DNA of 64,000 bases from Octopus sinensis (GCF_006345805.1 NC_043025.1:2046001-2110000); one strand, 5' to 3'. Numbered from the stretch's first letter, positions 42,020 to 55,939 are shown. The notes: generated by a model from the letters alone, not told the origin. Program-made: numbers and translations.

Positions 42020-42750
42020 CTTCTTTGTCTTCTAAGACAACTTCTATCATTCTTTGGCATGAAAGTATAGAAAGACTTAAAGGATTTCAAGCACTTCTAA
42101 ATGGACTTGATATAAACATTCAATTTACGATGGAATATAGCCATCACCAACTTCAATTCCTCGACATCCTCATTACGAAATTCAACATCAAAATAGAAAC
42201 AGATACATACGATAAGCCTACGAACTCGAAGCCATATCTACTGTTTAATTCATGCCACCCCAGACACACTAGAATGAATATCCCTTCAACCTAGCAAAAA
42301 GGATTTGTACTATAGTCTCTAATACAAGCACCAACGACACACGGCTACATGAACTAAAGGATACACTCCTTACCAAGAATTACGCACCATCACTAATTGA
42401 TATAGGCTTTCAATGTGCCCTACAACTCAATATCCACGAACTTAGACATCCCAAGTTAAAGAAGGATTTACAGCCAATATCCTATCATCCATCTCCACAT
42501 ACAACCCCCTTAACAATGAAGCCTTCGACACAATCCTGCAGAACATTCACCTACGAAAAAGGGATTACAGAATGAATTTTATCCTCCAAACGTACACCAT
42601 CATAAAGGGCAAAAGACAATCAAAATCTATTAAATGTCTCTTAACATAAATCAAGTAATTCGAAACCACACTGAAGCCGGCAGGAAAAATTTGCAGAAGA
42701 CCTGACTGTGGTATATGCATTAACCTAACTGAGGGATAGGAATTCTCTTT
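42020..42750 (+). mobile_element. Penelope-like RT C-terminal fragment (duplicated at ~49580-50310)
   Basis: IQFTMEY...FLDILI...TDTYDKPT...YLLFNSCHPRHTRMNIPFNLAKRICTIVS. Confidence 0.8.
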
Positions 42751-44612
42751 CAAACATGTAGGGTAGACCAAAAAGAGATGGCTAGAAAATATCCATAGCC
42801 TCATTTGGTCATGGTTGAGAATTCAATCAGTAAGTGTATTGGCAGTTGCCTCTGATAGGACCCTATGCAGGAAGTACCTGAGGTACCAGATGTCCTCATT
42901 ACCCTCCCAGGAATAATGAGCGTTGAAGATGGTAGATGGATGGATATATACGTTATTAAGTATAACGTTTTATGTCACATTATATTAAGGAAAACTTAGT
43001 GTATTGGTAAACAGTCAAAGGCGTTGGAGAGCATAAATATAAAGTTGTAGCTGAGAAAAAGCTGATATGGCAGACTGGAAGCCATCTAAATATTCTTTCC
43101 TAATCTAGGCACAAGGACCGAAATTTTGGGGAATGGGGCCAGTCGATTAGATCGACCCCAGTACGCAACTGGTAGTCCGAAAGGATGAAAGACAAAGTCG
43201 ACCTCAGTGGAGTTTGAACTCAGAACGTGAAAAAAACAGACGAAATACTGCTATGCATTGCACCCGGTGTGCTAACGTCTCTGCCAGCTTGCCGCCTTGA
43301 AAGCCAACTAAATATTGGAAAAGAGATACCTGTATTCATGATAATTCATGACGGTTACCAAAATTCAGACACCATCACTGCCGTTCAATTCTCTGTGAAC
43401 ACTGTAAAGGCAGCAAGACGTGACATGGACAGTTGCAGCAGAATCTATCGGATAACACTCGAATACGAGAGAAAAGTTGCTTCAGAAGATCAAATAACAA
43501 GACAAGAAAAAAGGCAAAATGTAGGCAAAACATTCAGTAATGTAAATTGTCTGAAAAAGATGGCACACTTCATGAAGGTCAAATAATGTAGACGGTACAA
43601 GCAAAGGGTTGGTACACATGGGTTAAGTGAGAGACAGAAAATGGCTGACGAAAGGAGAGAAGAGCAAATGTGGTTTTATTCGAAGAAGAGTGAACACGAA
43701 TGGAAAGGGAGAGAAGAAGGGTGCGGTATGTGTGCGTGTAGGGGAGGTAAACTGTTGCAGTTAGTAGCAGCCAAGCAGTAGTGGGAGGAAAAGGGAGGAG
43801 GAGGAGAGAGAAGTGAGGGATTTAGAGATACAAAGCAAAACAGTGGGTGCAAGAGTGAATGTGTGAGGGCAGCACTTGTGAGTATGGGTATGTGTGTGTG
43901 AGTGTGTGCATGTGTTTGAAGAGTGAGTGTGCGTGAATATGTATGAGTCTATGTATCAGTGTGTATGCGTTTGTATGTGTGTGTCAAAGATAGAATATCC
44001 AATGGGACAAAGCTGTGTGTGTGTGTGCGTGTGTGCTTGAGTGTGTATGTGTGTGTGTGTGCGTGTGTGTGTGTGTGTGTGTAATGAAGTGTGAAGAGAG
44101 TAACTGTGCTACCGAAGTGAGATGTGTAGGTAGAAACTATGGTCTATCGTGTGAAGTGTGTATAAAGTGTAAATGTGGGCGGAGGGACAAATAATGTGTG
44201 GATGCGGGTTGGTAAGAGTGATGCAGCGGAGGAGAGAGAGAGGAAGAAAACGAAGTAGAGAGGAAAAGTATATTTTTAGCGCTTGGCCAGGAAGACAGTC
44301 AATGCTCATGATCATTCAGAAGGCTGCTGTGATTGGTTGGGGGAAAGTAGGAAGATATCCTGAGACCAAAGACCCGCCTTGATTGTTTACAACAGAGAAG
44401 AATCCGGCATAAACAGCGAAGGTTCCAAATGACAGACTTAAAATGGGGTCTGATTAAGCACATCACTCGAGAAAATATACGTGTCAGTATGTATATGTAT
44501 GTACATACGCACGTACATACATACATACATACATACATACTTACATACATACCTACATACATACATACTTACATACATACATACTTACATACATACCTAC
44601 ATACATACATAC

Positions 44613-44643
<31 letters not shown>

Positions 44644-44734
44644 CATACATACATACATACATACATACATACATACTTACATACATACCCATGGATGCTA
44701 GAAGCCCTTCAGCTTGCAAAATTTCCAATTAAAC

Positions 44735-45660
44735 ACAATGAGTGACTATTATCACTGACAGAATACAATATCGCAGAGGCATATTCCAAGGGGACAACCT
44801 CGTTGTGATGTTGTTTATACTTTCTGTAAACCCCATGTCATTCATGTTAAGGATATCTCATTGGTTCACAAGGAAACAAAAATACCAAAATCGGATACTG
44901 TTTTTTGTGGATGACTTAAAACTTTATGCAAAGAATATGGATGAGATGAAAAAGAGCCTTGATCAAGTTAAAAGATTCTCCAAAAATATAGGGTTGGCGT
45001 TTGATCAGGATAAATGTTGTGAAAAGGGGGAAAAATGTAAACCAGACTAGCAACATCAATGACCTGACTGTTTCCCCTATATCTGATGAGGAATGTTACA
45101 GATATCTAGGGGTGGATGAAAAGATATCTCACAACAGCCCTGTAATAACACAAGTGCTTTTTACAGGTGCCATTATGTTACAGGTGCCATTAAGTTACAG
45201 GTGTCATTAAAGTATAATCAAAGAATATTACAGCTGAATGAATAGAATTTAGACCTCAGAAATCTATGCATTCAATAAAACATTGGCCCACAACGTGTGT
45301 TCTGTGCAAGTCCTCATACTAACATTTGGGCTGTTTTATTGGACACTTGATGAGATCCGAGCTGTTTATGTGAAAACCCGGAAAATACCGACGAGTACAC
45401 ATAATTTCCACATAAACGGTGAAGTAGACCCCTCTCCTTAAAACGAAAACAAGGCGGCAGGGGCTTAACATCGATGCAAAATGCCTTTGAATGTCGTATC
45501 ATATCCTTTCAGTAACATCTTATAACCACAACTGACGAAGTGCATCCTTTGACCAAGTTTGCATAATTCATATGACTTGGAAGGCAGCTCCTTGAGCAAC
45601 ATTCCTTATCCGACAACATAGAATACATGCTCAAAGAAGTCGCACGACTCTACCGCTTTG
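44735..45660 (+). mobile_element. R4/Dong-like RT fragment at the junction of the 7.56-kb units (also ~37473-38130 and ~52300-53250)
   Basis: RRGIFQGDNL...LSVNPMS...FFVDDLKLYAK. Confidence 0.8.
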
Positions 45661-46530
45661 TATCATTAGATGAACGGATGAGTATCTATGAACAGAAGAT
45701 TATGCTTGGATATGTTGGTAGAAAGTTCCGAGATGATGGTAACATTGATGTTGTTGAAGTTCCAATAAAGGTGCCGTAGATGTAGGAAATAACGGTGAAT
45801 AATGACATGCACGCATATATACATACATACATACATGCATACATACACACATACATACATAATACATATATACATATATACACACATACATACATACATA
45901 CATGCATACATACATACATACATACACACATACATGCATATATACACACATCCATCCATCCATACATACATACATATATACATACATACACACACACATA
46001 CATACATACATACATACATACATACATACATACATAAATGTGTGTATATTGGAAAAAGCACAATATTAGTGATCATATTTTTTATTGTTTATCCAAATAT
46101 TGTTTTGCTCACTTCACATTTTATGGCCTTCTTCACATTCTATATGACATTGCAACATAACTTAAATGAGATTCTCAGGTTTTATTAGTGAGTTCCCACT
46201 GCAACAATGCTTGCAACTTTCGAATTTCATCCTTTTATTTGACTTGTTCAACGATTTTCACGTGTTTGTTACATCAGAATACTAAAAGGACAACAAGTAG
46301 CTTTCATGCTTCTCTCAATTGAATTTGTGACTTTATTGAAACATTTCCAAATGAACATAAAAATAGGTTTATAGTCTTTGTTAATAATTTGCTTTATATG
46401 TCTAACATGTATTGATTTCAATACTAACACGTATACATTTTTTTTTACACCATAAAGAAAATATTTCTTGTTATTGCTATGCATTGCATTATTTGGTTCA
46501 TAAATACAGATATTTACTTGTATTCTGTAG

Positions 46531-46622
46531 ATTACTCGTTGTATCAACGGAATTTACAGTGTCAAACATGTTCAGGAATGAAATGTACTGATTTAGAAGT
46601 GACAAGCTGTCCAGGAGCAGAG
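46531..46622 (+). CDS. Ly6/uPAR module 2, exon a
   Basis: 92 bp, phase 1-0; DYSLYQRNLQCQTCSGMKCTDLEVTSCPGAE. Confidence 0.88.
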
Positions 46623-48580
46623 GTAAACTGGAATATTACTTTCTTCCCTTCCGTTAAAATATATCCACAGCCGTCATTCGAAAGCCATTAAGTCCACATA
46701 GATTGTACTATGCTTTCGCTAGTTTGTTTTTATGTGCCTGCGTAGACATACACACACCCTATCGGTCTTCTTATTCATGACTCAATGGGACAAGAAGGAT
46801 GTGACGATTGAAGAGAGAAATAGATGAACATCACTAGGTTGGGACATATTTCCCTCGATTAGACTGGAACAAAGTGGAATGAAGTGCCTTGTTCAAGGAC
46901 ACAACGTTCTACCCTGTCCAGAAATCCCTATTCAAGAAACGAACACACGAACTTAGAGTGACCTTTCTGCGACAAACATGGCTGTCCTTTGAGTAGGATG
47001 CATGAATGTATGTGGCCAGAAGTCAACTTGGAATCAAGGTTCCTTGTCGGATGACCTCGGGTCACTAATCTTAGAGGGGTAACTGGAAGTCGATCCTGGC
47101 CCCACCAGCTCACAATCATTACAGGGAGCGGATTGAATAAGTTAAGGAGCAAATAACAGTTTTCCTTCGTCTGGTGGTCATAGCAAAAGAGGTTGTTTGA
47201 TATACGAGGTTATGAAATGTTCGAAACAGATTAAATCTTCCCTCACATCAAGTAGTACAATAAGCTCTCCAGAACATAATAGGTGGGGGTCATAATGTTT
47301 CACAGAAAGGTAAAACCTATACCTTTAAAACGCAGCTAAGACACAAATTAAAATTGCCAGGCATATCTCTGATTACACAGTTGTACATTGGTGAAAGAAA
47401 CACAAGAGAAACAATAAAAGACACCGGTAATGACACAGATCAATGCTTCACATTAACTGATCTACGAGAATATAGGAGAATAGAGCGTGACATAAGAGCA
47501 TGGCTGCATTTTGTTGCCTGTTTTATTTGTCTGTTCTGATCTCAGACCGTTCTGTTTTCTTGAAGCTGAGTTAGTTTATTTAATGATTCATTCATTTGCA
47601 ATCACCGACTCCATTGGCTCTTTTGAAGACGCCAGCCTACCGACACTATCATTGGTTATTTCTTCATGACATCCTCACTCAGTTTGGGAGATCCAATCTT
47701 CTTTCTAAAACTTTTCCGTGATTAGAAGAAACGAGTTTCAATTCTAAACTAAGGCAATGCTAATCTTATTTCTAACTTCAATGTCTACATTTTCATTGCT
47801 TTTATTATTGTTAGGTGTTTGCGATTATTAATTGTGTTTTCGTGATGGATTCTTTTCTTTAAATATTCTTCTATATTTCCGATATTTTCCGTTTTCAGAA
47901 TGTCCCTCATTAAGTTAACAAGACCTTGCTTGTTTTCTCTCCAAATTTTATACTAATATACCGTATTGTCATATAAAATATACCCGCAAATTAAAACGAA
48001 GTTTCTCTTGTGTTCATTTATTGTATTTTCTGTTTTATTTGCTTGGACTGAGGAGTTCAATCTGACAATTATAGTTCAGTATCATCTTTGGGTATAGGCA
48101 TATTAGTTTCTCTTTTTGGTGAGGTTTGCACGCCTGATTTTTCGTAAATTTAATATGAAAAATTTCTCTTGCGCATTCCTCCAGTAAGAAGAAATATTCG
48201 CGAATCCATACATCTTTATTGGGATAATCTGACCTATTTTCAGTTTGGCGACGGGTAACAACGCGATGCGATTTTGCTATAGACCGTGATCCGATGTCCA
48301 TATCTACATGTGATCAGAGATCTTTGGACACCGAAAGCATTTAAAACATGATTTTGGAATACTAAATAGCAATAAAGTTTACAGAAGTTTACTTATGCTG
48401 TTAACTTTCAACAATTCCGCAACTCTTTGACGGTTTCATTTATTGCTTTTGGATATTTTAAAGCAATGATTAAACTTACTTGCATGGTAAACATCCCCTG
48501 TTGTTGTTGCTGTAATTAGCAGTAATCGTCCTAATAAATATTGTTGTTGTAGTGTATAATTTTCATATCTATTATTACAG

Positions 48581-48763
48581 CCTGTATGCCGATTCGCAAT
48601 ATCAATGAACGGTGCTAAACTGAAGACTGAAAGGTCCTGCAGCACATACAGAAAATGTGTTGAAGCAATGAGAAACAATAACATTACATGCAATAAACGG
48701 ACGAATAGCACGGCTTGTACTGGTTGTTGTGTCGGACACTTATGTAACAAGAATGATTCATTG
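48581..48763 (+). CDS. Ly6/uPAR module 2, exon b (1-bp deletion near the 3' end)
   Basis: Same peptide as module 1b, but gattcattg instead of gatttcattg; 183 bp versus 184 bp. Confidence 0.78.
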
Positions 48764-48893
48764 GTAAGTGTTATTATTGTCTAATATAACACCACCAGGT
48801 TTATTACAAATTGATAGTTAATAAGAATATTGTATAATAGTTAATAAAAGGGAAATGTTTTGATGTGTATATATGTGTGTGCAAGTGTAAATG

Positions 48894-48935
<42 letters not shown>

Positions 48936-49498
48936 CACACATATATATGTGTATGTGTGTGCGCGTGTGTATGCACATGCGGTCGTGCACACACATACGT
49001 ATTTGCACGTGTATATATATATATATATATATAGCGAGAAAGAAGCAACAAGAATGGATAGGTTTTTAGTACAATCGTTTCATACAAGGACAGGCTTTAT
49101 TAAAAGTTGTAAAAATTACAGCATATAAACGTGTCCCGTACTCATCAGCTAAAATACATGTGAGTTCTCTAGACATCCTAGTGGTTGAGTCTATACTCAT
49201 GAAGTAATGTAGATAATTAAGTAACATAAACAGATTTCCAAAGTTCATTAAAGTTCTTTAAAGATGATGTACAGTCTTATCACAGAATTTTAAAAAAGTT
49301 CTAATAGCATCACAGAGAAGGTGACCTAATCCATAGAGCACATATGAATTTCCAGAGATATGATGAGGGATTACATACTCACAGAAGACAAATTTATCCA
49401 TTGTTAATCACAACGAGGTGGGTCTCAATTCCTGCTTATTAGCATTACAGAGAGGGTGAATTAATCCTTTGTATAGATGCACAATTTCCAATGGTGTA

Positions 49499-49533
<35 letters not shown>

Positions 49534-52500
49534 AAAAGAATTCATAATAGAAGGGATAAATATCCTCTTCAAGAATAGCTTCTTTGTCTTCTAAGACAAC
49601 TTCTATCATTCTTTGGCATGAAAGTATAGAAAGACTTAAAGGATTTCAAGCACTTCTAAATGGACTTGATATAAACATTCAATTTACGATGGAATATAGC
49701 CATCACCAACTTCAATTCCTCGACATCCTCATTACGAAATTCAACATCAAAATAGAAACAGATACATACGATAAGCCTACGAACTCGAAGCCATATCTAC
49801 TGTTTAATTCATGCCACCCCAGACACACTAGAATGAATATCCCCTTCAACCTAGCAAAAAGGATTTGTACTATAGTCTCTAATACAAGCACCAACGACAC
49901 ACGGCTACATGAACTAAAGGATACACTCCTTACCAAGAATTACGCACCATCACTAATTGATATAGGCTTTCAATGTGCCCTACAACTCAATATCCACGAA
50001 CTTAGACATCCCAAGTTAAAGAAGGATTTACAGCCAATATCCTATCATCCATCTCCACATACAACCCCCTTAACAATGAAGCCTTCGACACAATCCTGCA
50101 GAACATTCACCTACGAAAAAGGGATTACAGAATGAATTTTATCCTCCAAACGTACACCATCATAAAGGGCAAAAGACAACCAAAATCTATTAAATGTCTC
50201 TTAACATAAGCTCATGTACATTCGAAACCACACTGAAGCCGGCAGGAAAAATTTGCAGAAGACCTGACTGTGGTATATGCATTAACCTAACTGAGGGATA
50301 GGAATTCTCTTTCAAACATGTAGGGTAGACCAAAAAGAGATGGCTAGAAAATATCCATAGCCTCATTTGGTCATGGTTGAGAATTCAATCAGTAAGTGTA
50401 TTGGCAGTTGCCTCTGATAGGACCCTATGCAGGAAGTACCTGAGGTACCAGATGTCCTCATTACCCTCCCAGGAATAATGAGCGTTGAAGATGGTAGATG
50501 GATGGATATATACGTTATTAAGTATAACGTTTTATGTCACATTATATTAAGGAAAACTTAGTGTATTGGTAAACAGTCAAAGGCGTTGGAGAGCATAAAT
50601 ATAAAGTTGTAGCTGAGAAAAAGCTGATATGGCAGACTGGAAGCCATCTAAATATTCTTTCCTAATCTAGGCACAAGGACCGAAATTTTGGGGAATGGGG
50701 CCAGTCGATTAGATCGACCCCAGTACGCAACTGGTAGTCCGAAAGGATGAAAGACAAAGTCGACCTCAGTGGAGTTTGAACTCAGAACGTGAAAAAAACA
50801 GACGAAATACTGCTATGCATTGCACCCGGTGTGCTAACGTCTCTGCCAGCTTGCCGCCTTGAAAGCCAACTAAATATTGGAAAAGAGATACCTGTATTCA
50901 TGATAATTCATGACGGTTACCAAAATTCAGACACCATCACTGCCGTTCAATTCTCTGTGAACACTGTAAAGGCAGCAAGACGTGACATGGACAGTTGCAG
51001 CAGAATCTATCGGATAACACTCGAATACGAGAGAAAAGTTGCTTCAGAAGATCAAATAACAAGACAAGAAAAAAGGCAAAATGTAGGCAAAACATTCAGT
51101 AATGTAAATTGTCTGAAAAAGATGGCACACTTCATGAAGGTCAAATAATGTAGACGGTACAAGCAAAGGGTTGGTACACATGGGTTAAGTGAGAGACAGA
51201 AAATGGCTGACGAAAGGAGAGAAGAGCAAATGTGGTTTTATTCGAAGAAGAGTGAACACGAATGGAAAGGGAGAGAAGAAGGGTGCGGTATGTGTGCGTG
51301 TAGGGGAGGTAAACTGTTGCAGTTAGTAGCAGCCAAGCAGTAGTGGGAGGAAAAGGGAGGAGGAGGAGAGAGAAGTGAGGGATTTAGAGATACAAAGCAA
51401 AACAGTGGGTGCAAGAGTGAATGTGTGAGGGCAGCACTTGTGAGTATGGGTATGTGTGTGTGAGTGTGTGTATGTGTTTGAAGAGTGAGTGTGCGTGAAT
51501 ATGTATGAGTCTATGTATCAGTGTGTATGCGTTTGTATGTGTGTGTCAAAGATAGAATATCCAATGGGACAAAGCTGTGTGTGTGTGTGCGTGTGTGCTT
51601 GAGTGTGTATGTGTGTGTGTGTGTGTGCGTGTGTGTGTGTGTGTGTAATGAAGTGTGAAGAGAGTAACTGTGCTACCGAAGTGAGATGTGTAGGTAGAAA
51701 CTGTGGTCTATCGTGTGAAGTGTGTATAAAGTGTAAATGTGGGCGGAGGGACAAATAATGTGTGGATGCGGGTTGGTAAGAGTGATGCAGCGGAGGAGAG
51801 AGAGAGGAAGAAAACGAAGTAGAGAGGAAAAGTATATTTTTAGCGCTTGGCCAGGAAGACAGTCAATGCTCATGATCATTCAGAAGGCAGCTGTGATTGG
51901 TTGGGGGAAAGTAGGAAGATATCCTGAGACCAAAGACCCGCCTTGATTGTTTACAACAGAGAAGAATCCGGCATAAACAGCGAAGGTTCCAAATGACAGA
52001 CTTAAAATGGGGTCTGATTAAGCACATCACTCGAGAAAATATACGTGTCAGTATGTATATGTATGTACATACGCACGTACATACATACATACATACATAT
52101 ACTTACATACATACCTACATACATACATACTTACATACATACATACTTACATACATACCTACATACATACATACATACATACATACATACATACATACAT
52201 ACATACATACATACATACATACATACATACATACATACTTACATACATACCCATGGATGCTAGAAGCCCTTCAGCTTGCAAAATTTCCAATTAAACACAA
52301 TGAGTGACTATTATCACTGACAGAATACAATATCGCAGAGGCATATTCCAAGGGGACAACCTCGTTGTGATGTTGTTTATACTTTCTGTAAACCCCATGT
52401 CATTCATGTTAAGGATATCTCATTGGTTCACAAGGAAACAAAAATACCAAAATCGGATACTGTTTTTTTGTGGATGACTTAAAACTTTATGCAAAGAATA

Positions 52501-54074
52501 TGGATGAGATGAAAAAGAGCCTTGATCAAGTTAAAAGATTCTCCAAAAATATAGGGTTGGCGTTTGATCAGGATAAATGTTGTGAAAAGGGGGAAAAATG
52601 TAAACCAGACTAGCAACATCAATGACCTGACTGTTTCCCCTATATCTGATGAGGAATGTTACAGATATCTAGGGGTGGATGAAAAGATATCTCACAACAG
52701 CCCCTGTAATAACACAAGTGCTTTTTACAGGTGCCATTATGTTACAGGTGCCATTAAGTTACAGGTGTCATTAAAGTATAATCAAAGAATATTACAGCTG
52801 AATGAATAGAATTTAGACCTCAGAAATCTATGCATTCAATAAAACATTGGCCCACAACGTGTGTTCTGTGCAAGTCCTCATATTAACATTTGGGCTGTTT
52901 TATTGGACACTTGATGAGATCCGAGCTATTTATGTGAAAACCCGGAAAATACCGACGAGTACACATAATTTCCACATAAACGGTGAAGTAGACCCCTCTC
53001 CTTAAAACGAAAACAAGGCGGCAGGGGCTTAACATCGATGCAAAATGCCTTTGAATGTCGTATCATATCCTTTCAGTAACATCTTATAACCACAACTGAC
53101 GAAGTGCATCCTTTGACCAAGTTTGCATAATTCATATGACTTGGAAGGCAGCTCCTTGAGCAACATTCCTTATCCGACAACATAGAATACATGCTCAAAG
53201 AAGTCGCACGACTCTACCGCTTTGTATCATTAGATGAACGGATGAGTATCTATGAACAGAAGATTATGCTTGGATATGTTGGTAGAAAGTTCCGAGATGA
53301 TGCCAATATTGATGTTGTTGAAATTCCAATGAAGGAGCCGTAGATGTAGAAACTCTCTCTTTCTCTATCACCAAGAAATCTTGAAATAACAGTTAATAAT
53401 GACATACATACAAACATAATACATACATGCATTATTATGGCTGCCCCCTCGTTACCGAGTATGGCCATTGGACGAAGCTTAACTGTTACTGGTGCTGTGA
53501 TCGAATGTGACTTTTTAGCCCAGCTAAATATCTACAATATCTTTTACAGGATTGGCAACTAAACCCTTTACGTACATACATACATACATACATACATACA
53601 TACATAATACATACATACATACACACATAAACGTGTATATATTGGAAAAAACAGCATATTAGTGATCATATTTTTTATTCACATTCTATATGACATTGCA
53701 ACGTAACTTAAATGAGATTCTCAGGTTTTATTAGGGAGTTCCCACTGCAACAATGCTTGCAACTTTCGAATTTCATCTTTTTATTTGACTTGTTCAACGA
53801 TTTTCACATATTTGTTACACCAGAATACTAAAAGGACAACAAGTGGCTTTCATGCTTCTCTCAATTGAATTTGTGACATTATTGAAACATTTCCAAATGA
53901 ACATAAAAATAGGTTTATAGTCTTTGTTAATAATTTGCTTTATATGTCTAACATGTATTGATTTCATTACTAACACGTATACATTTTTTTACATCAGAAA
54001 AAAAATATTTCTTGTTATTGCTATGCATTGCATTATTTGGTTCATAAATACAGATATTTACTTGTATTCTGTAG

Positions 54075-54166
54075 ATTACTCGTTATATCAACAGAATTTA
54101 CAGTGTCAAACATGTTCAGGAATTATCTGCAATAAATCGGAAATGACAAGCTGTCCAGGAGCAGAG
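54075..54166 (+). CDS. Ly6/uPAR module 3, exon a
   Basis: 92 bp; DYSLYQQNLQCQTCSGIICNKSEMTSCPGAE. Confidence 0.88.
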
Positions 54167-55601
54167 GTAAACTGGGATATTACTTTCTTCCCTTCCGTTA
54201 AAATATATCCACAACCGTCACTCGAAAGCCATTAAGTCCAATTAGATTGTACTATGCTTTCGCTAGTTTGTTTTTATGTGCCTGCGTAGATATACACACA
54301 CCCTATCGGTCTTCTTATTCATGACTCAATGGGACAAGAAGGATGTGACGATTGAAGAGAGAAATAGATGAACATCACTAGGTTGGGACACATTTCACTT
54401 GACTGGACGGGAAGAAAGTGGAATGAAGTGCCTTGTTCAAGGACACGACGTTCTACCCTGTCCAGGAATCCCTATTCAAGAAACGAACACACGAACTTAG
54501 AGTGACCTTTCTGCGACAAACATGGCTGTCCTTAGAGTAGGATGTATGAATGTATGTGGCCAGAAATCAACTTGGAATCAAGGTTCCTTGTCGAATGACC
54601 TCGGGTCACTAACTTTAGAGGGGTAACTGGAAGTCGAACCTGGCCCCACCAGCTCGCAAACATTACAGGGAGCGGATTGGAATAAGTTAAGAAACAAATG
54701 ACAGTTTTCCTTCGTCTGGTGGTCATAGCAAAAGAGGTTGTTTGATATACGAGGTTATGAAATGTTCGAAACAGATTAAATCTTCCCTCACATCAAGTAG
54801 TACAATAAGCTCTCCAAAACATGATAGGTGGGGGTCATATTGTTTCACAGAAAGGTAAAACCTATACCTTTAAAGCGCAGCTAAGACACAAATTAAAATT
54901 GCCAGGCATATCTCTGATTACACAGTTGTACATTGGTGAAAGAAACACAAGAGAAACAATAAAAGACACCGGTAATGACACAGATCAATGCTTCACATTA
55001 ATTGATCTACGAGAATATAGGAGAATAAAGCGTGAAATAAGAGCATGGCTTACATCTGTTTCCTGTTTTATTTGTCTGTTCTGATCTCAGACCTTTCTGT
55101 TTTCCTGAAGCTGAGTTAGTTTATTTAATGATTCATTCATTTGCAATCACCGACTCCATTGGCTCTTTTGAAGACGCCAGCCTACCGACACTATCATTGG
55201 TTATTTCTTCATGACATCCTCACTCAGTTTGGGAGATCCAATTTTCTTTCTAAAACTTTTCCGTGATTAGAAGAAACGAGTTTCAATTCTAAACTAAGGC
55301 AATGCTAATCTTATTTCTAACTTCAATGTCTACATTTTCATTGCTTTTATTATTGTTAGGTGTTTGCGATTTTTAATTGCGTTTTCGTGATGGATTCTTT
55401 TCTTTAAATATTCTTCTCCATTTCTGATATTTTTCGTTTTCAGAATATCCCTCATTAAGTTAACAAGATCTTGCTTGTTTTCTCTCCAAATTTTATACTA
55501 ATATATCGTATTTTCATATAAAATTTGTTGCTGTAATTAGCAGTAATCGTACTAATAAATATTTTGGTTGTAGTGTATAATTTTGATATCTATTATTACA
55601 G

Positions 55602-55785
55602 CCAGTATGCCGATTCGCAATATCAGTGAACGGTGCTAAACTGAAGACTGAAAGGTCCTGCAGCACATACAGAAAATGTGTTGAAGCTATGAGAAACAAT
55701 AACATTGCATGCAATAAACGGACGAATAGCACGTCTTGTACTGGTTGTTGCGTCGGACACTTATGTAACAAGAATGATTTCATTG
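55602..55785 (+). CDS. Ly6/uPAR module 3, exon b
   Basis: 184 bp; PVCRFAISVNGAKLKTERSCSTYRKCVEAMRNNNIACNKRTNSTSCTGCCVGHLCNKNDFI, phase-1 donor. Confidence 0.9.
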
Positions 55786-55898
55786 GTAAGTGTTATTTAT
55801 TGTCTAATATAACGCCAACATGTTTATTACAAATTGATAGTTAATAAGAACATTTCATAGTAATTAATATAGGGGAAAATAATTTGATGTGTGTATAC

Positions 55899-55939
<41 letters not shown>

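Larger units (their letters stand above)
37473..55900 (+). repeat. Tandem segmental duplication, ~7.56-kb unit (copies from ~37473, ~45015 and ~52575; the third is partial and more diverged)
   Basis: Landmarks recur at 38956/46531/54075, 41014/48581/55602, 43227/50789 and 44742/~52303. Confidence 0.95.

Noticed and set aside
43227-43586. 119-aa ORF duplicated identically at 50789-51148
   Set aside because: Its start lies inside a SINE, the rest at most resembles a transposase N-terminal relic, and the identity reflects the recent 7.56-kb duplication.
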